Positions 15,701 to 20,250 of a stretch of 20,250 nucleotides of DNA are shown one piece after another. How positions within the stretch are numbered: the first letter of the stretch is position 1; each line of letters opens with the position of its first letter. The position numbers were made by a program, and so were the translations under genes. Source of the stretch: an uncultured virus (IMG/VR IMGVR_UViG_3300030060_001926) (lineage: Duplodnaviria > Heunggongvirae > Uroviricota > Caudoviricetes); IMG/VR virus record IMGVR_UViG_3300030060_001926, positions 62,001 to 82,250 of that record; one strand, 5' to 3'. A model generated the notes under the pieces. The model saw nothing but the letters and a program-made list of their open reading frames with translations. It was not told the origin of the DNA and made no database searches.

Positions 15701-16635
15701 GCTGTTCCTGAGCCTCCGTTATGCCCTACGGTTACACCTGCTGACAGAGTCCCAATACTAGCTGCTGAAACAGTAGTGTCAATTACATTGAAAGCACCCT
15801 TGTATACAATGCCTGTACCCAAAGAAGTGACAGCGTCATTTAGAAGCTTACCTTGATTAGCCGACAAAGGCTGAGTAGTAGAAGTACTTGTTACATTATC
15901 TTGAGTATTTACCTTAAGACCAGAAGTTCCTTGGCCTAAAGAATCTCCATCTAAGTTAATAGTCAAAGGAGAAGATGCTGTACCAGATCCAGACACTCCA
16001 TTGGCCGAAATAATACCAAGAGTTGTTCCATCAATAAATGCTGGGTCAATTGTTCCGCTAGAGTTTAATACTAAGATACCATTAGGTCTACCTACAGAAG
16101 GGTTCAATGTATGGAAGTTTTTAAAGTAGGTCATTAGTTCTTGGCATATTGTCAATAACTGCTGAGATCCTACATTTAAATTCTTACTGCTAATCTTTGA
16201 ACCAGAAGACCAAGTAACTAGGCCACCTACATTGTGGACTTTCTTAAGAACATAGATAGTATCGCTTGAGGAAAGAGCGGGCAATGCTACCGCCGCCGCT
16301 CGTCCAGACATAGTAGTAGTCCACGAGTAATCCGAGTCTGTTTGAGAGAAAGTAATTGTGCCTCCGCTTAGAGTGTACATTGTACTTCCGCTGGTAGAGC
16401 TATTAGGCAGCGTGTAAGCAGCCCAAGCTTCATCTGCTGTAATAGCCGGACTAATACTGCTGGTATCAAACTTCCTTACAACGATAATTTCATCCTCATT
16501 GTTTAGAGTTGACGCTAAATCTGAAGATGAGTCAAGGATACTGCTAATGTCTATAGTATAACCATCAGCAATAACTTCAGTACCTGTCTTAGTTATTAAG
16601 TTGACCTTATCGTCGTTGTTAGTATACGATGCCAT
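12742..16635 (-). CDS. Tail fibre/tailspike, 1297 aa: T7 gp17-type N-terminal adaptor, fibre repeats, C-terminal right-handed beta-helix (pectin-lyase-like, putative polysaccharide-binding or depolymerase domain)
   Basis: Adaptor motif IYVLKK...LVTWSSGSKISSKNLNVGSQQLLTICQE resembles gp17 LVDFTDGSILRAYDLN..QIQ..EE. Fibre motifs QDNVTSTSTTQPLSANQGKLL and LSDV...DGQSLTWD. Beta-helix cap GGTADGATHDYTAVNSAL and rungs HIKNGSDIIFRDCVF, IENCKDVTFENCKF, SSNIKIKDCTF, CSNIDITNCNI. RBS AGGAGA overlaps the upstream stop codon. Confidence 0.88.
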   Translation of the reverse strand: MASYTNNDDKVNLITKTGTEVIADGYTIDISSILDSSSDLASTLNNEDEIIVVRKFDTSSISPAITADEAWAAYTLPNSSTSGSTMYTLSGGTITFSQTDSDYSWTTTMSGRAAAVALPALSSSDTIYVLKKVHNVGGLVTWSSGSKISSKNLNVGSQQLLTICQELMTYFKNFHTLNPSVGRPNGILVLNSSGTIDPAFIDGTTLGIISANGVSGSGTASSPLTINLDGDSLGQGTSGLKVNTQDNVTSTSTTQPLSANQGKLLNDAVTSLGTGIVYKGAFNVIDTTVSAASIGTLSAGVTVGHNGGSGTADSSWGVGSVANGNLIRYNGSAWQIVNASTAVLGDGSVDLADGQKIAATPTANVGNNSDGTEREAATCEYVEDAIVNTTFDELSGVYVDDTSPTGNDMVYYDGNSWEPIQLENSFGSGEKVLTTGSSIKALSDVYDSMSPSDGQSLTWDHGNSRWAASTVSSVAYDSVVGGTADGATHDYTAVNSALTSGTLGQTTASSSSTTSILNFRGRNHAILSTDGTPEELVMPCKRHLTLKDGGIFISYNACMDKQVLKPGTTTQLQTTTAAELYPGDTVMKVADVANFAIGDLIRIIGDALINVKTKEDADTVTEHAQYHLAKVIGINDSTDGDSLIIDEAPACKIKSGSLVERSGEGTNGANQIENVTFLNMRFKDLLGKTVYLNDFDQSTTPFTTTANTTLAFQVPTGHGMNQSGGGAILVQDADLGGDGVTHKVAKSGDINRWMTLTGATDADTFVSTMASAAADSANYGGDKAYVTQSRHSGVHIKNGSDIIFRDCVFENFNGEYAVLIENCKDVTFENCKFKNCRGSSYMNVSHLSSCIRLKASSNIKIKDCTFESCTVAVFVDVGSATAHSETQYLGCSNIDITNCNINSVCAFKCGGAFIYGSLKITDCDITPFVPNPNRPAPRYFDDPYGNQDYKDGSYNSSAIEIYKYNSRVCGVEHFELKRCNINKLVRVGGFVSGDNVFSASAFWGNGDGMQLGGQVLTDGYVPVWYDTVKVLTCTYENGSELYMGTTEQQFTISLNSGIEVSECNIAGISSAIRGYWTRSTIATEIMPVANRIKIKDCTLYGLQALYLSNALKNLGNENVNGLEITNNHIHAAAAFRRVAGLFNGATRQGGTEVSSEKDWYESNFRGIWVKAQCETNQVQSFVEHMNVVGNIVKGDGPYPSGTNMSTSSHGMIFGNSSDPLDNKTFNRCDITGNCIRDFRYPIYTYISESNSGRSIFERTHLHDNSTDVWPWYTQGSNDADYFTNGAHNKWYNNYYGG

Positions 16636-16644
16636 TGCATTCTC

Positions 16645-19362
16645 CTATGTAGTTAAGAATTTGGGAACTCTTTTAAATTTCCCTGTAACTTCTATGTTTG
16701 TTAAGTTCATTGGGTTAGGGTAATCAGATTCAATTTTAATAACAATATCATCTGTAAACCCCATAATTGGAAACTTGAAAGTTCCATCCTTTTCAAAAAC
16801 CGTTCCGTCTGAACTTGTATTGTATTCTCCTGTAGAGATATACTCAAAGTTATAAACAGAAGGATCTCTTTCTTTCCTTGCCACGCTTATATCGTAGTTA
16901 CCTGTATTTCTGTGACGAATAACGCCATACCTTAAGTTTAAAGATCCCGGTACAATATTATTCTTTTCATCTCGCAGGAATAATGTAGATAACTCTACTT
17001 CAGTTTTAAACCTTCTTCCTATATATGCAGAATATTCTCCAGTAAATATACCTTTAACTGTAAGCGAAGCTGCCATACCGTTTTCTGTTCCTGATGATAC
17101 CGTACAGTCTACGCTAGAGCCGTCAGAAAATACTACAATATCTGTATTCTGTGAAATAATTAAATCTTGATTAAAAACTTCAAAAGTAGTCTCATCATTT
17201 TCTGGGTCATAGGTTGCTCCTGCTAGAGTAACAAGTGTTCTACTGTCTATTCTTGGGAGTTCTAAATCTTCTGGAATCAAACTCATTTTTTGAACTTGAA
17301 GAAAAGGTCCTCCTTCTGCACTTGTGTCTTCTAAAACTATAAACACACTATCTTCAATACAATTAATAGATTGAATCAAACTATTGTTTGGCAAAGTAAA
17401 AGTAAAGAAAGCATTCTGTACAATACTTTCGCCCTGTACTTGGTTTCTATAGCAAAAAATTTTATTAGAAGGTTGATCTCCCTCAACGGCCATAATCATA
17501 TTATGTGCTGTGGATACTGTAGAAGACCAAAATCTCTCCGGCAAGTAATCTGGTACGTGTCTAGATAATTCAAATGCTTGCTGACCTGCTGCTTCAAATC
17601 TTTGGAAGTAAATAAACAATCTTTTCTTTGAGAAAAAGAATAAGTTATTGTTCATAACCATTGGCTCTACATCTTCTGTCATAGGAAAGAAAGAAGTTGG
17701 AGCAATTTCAGCAGTCAGTGGAGAGATTTGGTTCTCGGATCCAATTAACTCGTATTGTGTATCTCCTGATGTACCCAAAAAAAGAAAATCTTTAAATGGT
17801 TTTAAGAACGTAATGGGAGTAAATACGTTTGATGATACACTGAGATCAATTGGGTCTGTAAATACAATGTTTGCTGGGTCTTTTAAGAAGAAATTTGAAA
17901 AATCCCCCAGCTCTGAAGAAACTAAAGTATCTTCTGTAGCTAGAAACAATCTATCTCTGTAAAAAGAAATTGCTTTAATAGGTACTTGCTTTGCTTTTCC
18001 ACTTGACTCAGTAAAAAAAGAAGGACCGGGATTGCTTTTTACCGTGCCGCTAGTTCTAGGGTTCCAATCAACCTTTCTAATAGACCATTGATTATTTTCT
18101 TCGTCTAAAAAGATTTGCATAGGCATTCTTTTTTGGTCAATGACGCTATGTTTATCTGGAGTTCTTACTTTTTCTAGGTAAGGAGACTTTTCTGTATTAA
18201 TAACTCTATAAAATCCCGGTGTACTAGACAGGTATGCTTCTGATAAATAAAAAAGCTTACCTCTACCTTCTGGATCTCCGCTATTAGGATACAGTTCCTT
18301 AAAGGATCTTGCTACAGTATTGATATCACCGTTATTCAAAGTTAAGTCTGATGTAGCAGGAGGAAACTTAAGAGAACTTAATCTACTTACAGCTTGTCCG
18401 AAGTGTAAAGTTAAAGGGTTAGGGTAGATATAGTCGTCTGGAGAAATAAACTCCGACCATTTGTATATATCCTCAAGTACAGCGTCTTCATCATCTGAAG
18501 GAACTCTTTCCCAATCCGTTGGATTCTGACTAGGTCTTGTTACATCTCCGTTGGTAGGTCCCGGTAAAGCATCTGCAGCAACATCTTGTTTTACTCTCCA
18601 TATACCAAACCTTAAATCATCTCTTCCATCTGGATCAGGATCGTTAGCAGGATATATTGACTTTAGATCTGAAGTGTCAATAGTTTTTTGACCCCAAACA
18701 AAATCAGTAAACTCAGTCCATACTTCAGCCTCACCACCTTCATCTACAGAAACAGTTGTTTCATATTCTAATTCAGGACCAGAAAAATCTGGAGTACTTA
18801 ATGATCTTGTACCATCTAGATCGTGCATCATACTATCAGTATCCTCATTAATAATCTCACCATCGCTAGTAAACCCTGCTTTTACTTCGGTATTTAAAAC
18901 AAGAACAGAAGATCCTACAGAACAAGCCCTTAGCTTATCTTTTTGAGAACCCTCGCCAAAAGTTAAATACTTAAAAATATCTTCTGAAATATCTTGGTCT
19001 GTAATTTGGGTAGTAATGATATCGTTTTCTATTTTATATACGTATAGAAGTTTTGACCTCTCAACAGCATTAGTATCAATTCCAATAAGGTATCTTCTTT
19101 TAGCCCCGGCATTGTACCAGTACCACCAAAGACCTCCATTCTCTAAGTTATCTATGTCTAACTTGGGTAGTCCTTCTACCTTTTCAAAACCATTTCTTTT
19201 ATCAATCGATCTTTCTGTAGTACAAAATACATTGTCTAAATTTTCTGCTTCATTAGGCAATCTTTTATTAGGAGCTTGTTTTCCCACTCCCCCTGAAAGG
19301 GTACTGATTGGGATTTTTGTTGGGAAAAAAGATCTTCTTGATTTTGCTGTTCTCTTAGCCAT
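16645..19362 (-). CDS. Tail tubular protein B / nozzle (T7 gp12-like), 905 aa
   Basis: gp12-type motifs: IPISTLSGGVGKQAPNKR...IDKRNG, WNPRTSG..SNPGPSF, ISFYRDRLFL, SELGDFSNFF...DPIDLSVSS, GSLNLRY, IESDYPNPMNLTNIEVTGKF. Directly follows the gp11-like gene. Confidence 0.92.
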   Translation of the reverse strand: MAKRTAKSRRSFFPTKIPISTLSGGVGKQAPNKRLPNEAENLDNVFCTTERSIDKRNGFEKVEGLPKLDIDNLENGGLWWYWYNAGAKRRYLIGIDTNAVERSKLLYVYKIENDIITTQITDQDISEDIFKYLTFGEGSQKDKLRACSVGSSVLVLNTEVKAGFTSDGEIINEDTDSMMHDLDGTRSLSTPDFSGPELEYETTVSVDEGGEAEVWTEFTDFVWGQKTIDTSDLKSIYPANDPDPDGRDDLRFGIWRVKQDVAADALPGPTNGDVTRPSQNPTDWERVPSDDEDAVLEDIYKWSEFISPDDYIYPNPLTLHFGQAVSRLSSLKFPPATSDLTLNNGDINTVARSFKELYPNSGDPEGRGKLFYLSEAYLSSTPGFYRVINTEKSPYLEKVRTPDKHSVIDQKRMPMQIFLDEENNQWSIRKVDWNPRTSGTVKSNPGPSFFTESSGKAKQVPIKAISFYRDRLFLATEDTLVSSELGDFSNFFLKDPANIVFTDPIDLSVSSNVFTPITFLKPFKDFLFLGTSGDTQYELIGSENQISPLTAEIAPTSFFPMTEDVEPMVMNNNLFFFSKKRLFIYFQRFEAAGQQAFELSRHVPDYLPERFWSSTVSTAHNMIMAVEGDQPSNKIFCYRNQVQGESIVQNAFFTFTLPNNSLIQSINCIEDSVFIVLEDTSAEGGPFLQVQKMSLIPEDLELPRIDSRTLVTLAGATYDPENDETTFEVFNQDLIISQNTDIVVFSDGSSVDCTVSSGTENGMAASLTVKGIFTGEYSAYIGRRFKTEVELSTLFLRDEKNNIVPGSLNLRYGVIRHRNTGNYDISVARKERDPSVYNFEYISTGEYNTSSDGTVFEKDGTFKFPIMGFTDDIVIKIESDYPNPMNLTNIEVTGKFKRVPKFLTT

Positions 19363-19365
19363 AGA

Positions 19366-20028
19366 TTATCCCCTGTTAGAAGTTCGCCAGTACCTAAGTG
19401 CTTGTGAAGACCTAGGATAATCATTCCGAGATCTAGCTGCTTGCAGTTTAGCCGAGGCAGCAGTAAACACAGATCTCCTTCTATCATCTAGATCAGCAGC
19501 TTTACCTTTACTTTGATAAAACATTTCCATTTCTTTAAGATAGTTATCAGCATCTCCGTCACCTTGAGTAACTAGCTGGTATTGACGAGCAGCTGAAGAT
19601 AGTATAGCTCTTTGTACAGGTGTATCCATGTCCTCCCAAGGAAGAGAAAGAATCAATTCATATCTGTATTCTGTATTAGTATCCCACTCATCACTTTGAT
19701 CCGTAACATTCCAAAGGTATTTGTTTGTGCCTGTACCTTTTAAGATACCAATAATATTATAACCATCGTTGTTATTATGAAAGCTAATAAGCTCTGCTGA
19801 AATAGCATCTGCATTAATTACGATTTTGCCCTTAGCATCTAGTGTAATTTTTTTAATCAGTTTATTGTTTGCAATGCCTCGGATTTGAAAGTCCCTGACA
19901 AATTGATCAAGAACAAACAAAGCAGTTTCGGTATCAAGCCCCGAGTTTTCATCTAGATCAGGAACTAAGGATTCTCCTGCCATCAGAAGCATGTGATTTA
20001 CTGCGTCAAGTTTACTAATGTCTCCCAT
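19366..20028 (-). CDS. Tail tubular protein A / gatekeeper-adaptor (T7 gp11-like), 220 aa
   Basis: N-terminal SKLDAVNHMLLMAGESLV matches the gp11 ELxAVNxMLxxIGExPV motif. LPWEDMDTPVQRAILSSAARQYQ matches the gp11 C-terminal motif. It has a strong RBS and follows the capsid gene. Confidence 0.92.
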   Translation of the reverse strand: MGDISKLDAVNHMLLMAGESLVPDLDENSGLDTETALFVLDQFVRDFQIRGIANNKLIKKITLDAKGKIVINADAISAELISFHNNNDGYNIIGILKGTGTNKYLWNVTDQSDEWDTNTEYRYELILSLPWEDMDTPVQRAILSSAARQYQLVTQGDGDADNYLKEMEMFYQSKGKAADLDDRRRSVFTAASAKLQAARSRNDYPRSSQALRYWRTSNRG

Positions 20029-20034
20029 GAGGAT

Positions 20035-20040
20035 CCTCCT
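20035..20040 (-). promoter_or_regulatory. Shine-Dalgarno site for tail tubular protein A
   Basis: AGGAGG-ATCCTC-ATG on the minus strand. Confidence 0.85.
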
Positions 20041-20047
20041 ATATATT

Positions 20048-20084
20048 AAGAAAGCCCCCCTCCACCCGTTAAGGCAGAGAGGGG
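20048..20084 (-). terminator. Intrinsic terminator after the capsid gene (T7 Tphi equivalent)
   Basis: Minus strand reads CCCCTCTCTGCC-TTAAC-GGGTGGAGGGGGGC-TTTCTT, an imperfect GC-rich hairpin followed by a T-rich tract. It lies between the capsid and tail tubular A genes, the position of Tphi in T7. Confidence 0.75.
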
Positions 20085-20114
20085 TATGTGTTGTCTAACA
20101 ATCAGACTTTAATA

Positions 20115-20250
20115 TCACTGGGCTTCGACGTACTCACCGACACCGACACCACCAGAAGCTCCATCCATTTCTGCAAGTGCAGCAATTTCGGCTCGGGTAT
20201 CAGTTGCACTAGCAGTTGCATCCATTGTGTGGATAACAGCTGCACACTCA
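20115..20250 (-). CDS. Major capsid protein, C-terminal end (T7 gp10-like); 5' part lies outside the window
   Basis: Not in the ORF track. Manual translation gives ...ECAAVIHTMDATASATDTRAEIAALAEMDGASGGVGVGEYVEAQ* (TGA at 20115-20117). ECAAV fits the terminal LRPE(C/A)A motif of T7-like capsid proteins. The position just upstream of a terminator and tail tubular protein A matches T7 gene 10. Confidence 0.8.
   Translation of the reverse strand, partial: ECAAVIHTMDATASATDTRAEIAALAEMDGASGGVGVGEYVEAQ

Noticed and set aside
187..19420. All plus-strand ORFs in the track (e.g. 187-456, 7211-7585, 17648-17962, 19016-19420)
   Set aside because: They are short antisense shadows overlapping long, motif-supported minus-strand genes. 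They have no recognisable motifs and mostly non-ATG starts.
686..19487. Minus-strand alternative-frame ORFs 686-868, 13089-13271 and 19236-19487
   Set aside because: They are nested out of frame within well-supported genes and have no recognisable motif.
1..20250. T7-consensus phage RNA polymerase promoters, tRNA genes, introns/inteins and stop-codon reassignment
   Set aside because: No TAATACGACTCACTATA-like repeat or tRNA was seen. TerL is of normal length and uninterrupted. TAA, TAG and TGA all end genes at coupled junctions, consistent with the standard code.

Overview
This is an AT-rich, densely packed, entirely minus-strand late-gene region of a T7-like podophage (Autographiviridae-type morphogenesis module). 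In transcription order (right to left) it holds: the C-terminus of the major capsid protein, a Tphi-like terminator, tail tubular proteins A (gp11) and B (gp12), a 1297-aa tail fibre/tailspike with a T7 gp17-type adaptor and a beta-helix, and the small terminase (gp18). Next comes a translationally coupled cassette of six tiny Lys/Arg-rich proteins (three missing from the ORF track) plus one 283-aa protein, then the large terminase (gp19). Last is a five-gene block of probable internal virion/ejection proteins (gp14-like, 335 aa, 129 aa, 1334 aa, and a >913-aa gp16-like ORF that runs off the left edge). The most notable features are the basic microprotein cassette between terS and terL (where T7 has its spanin genes), the ejection genes sitting downstream of terL, and a G7 tract at the junction of the 129-aa and 1334-aa ORFs. 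All family assignments come from motif recognition and synteny. No database search was run.
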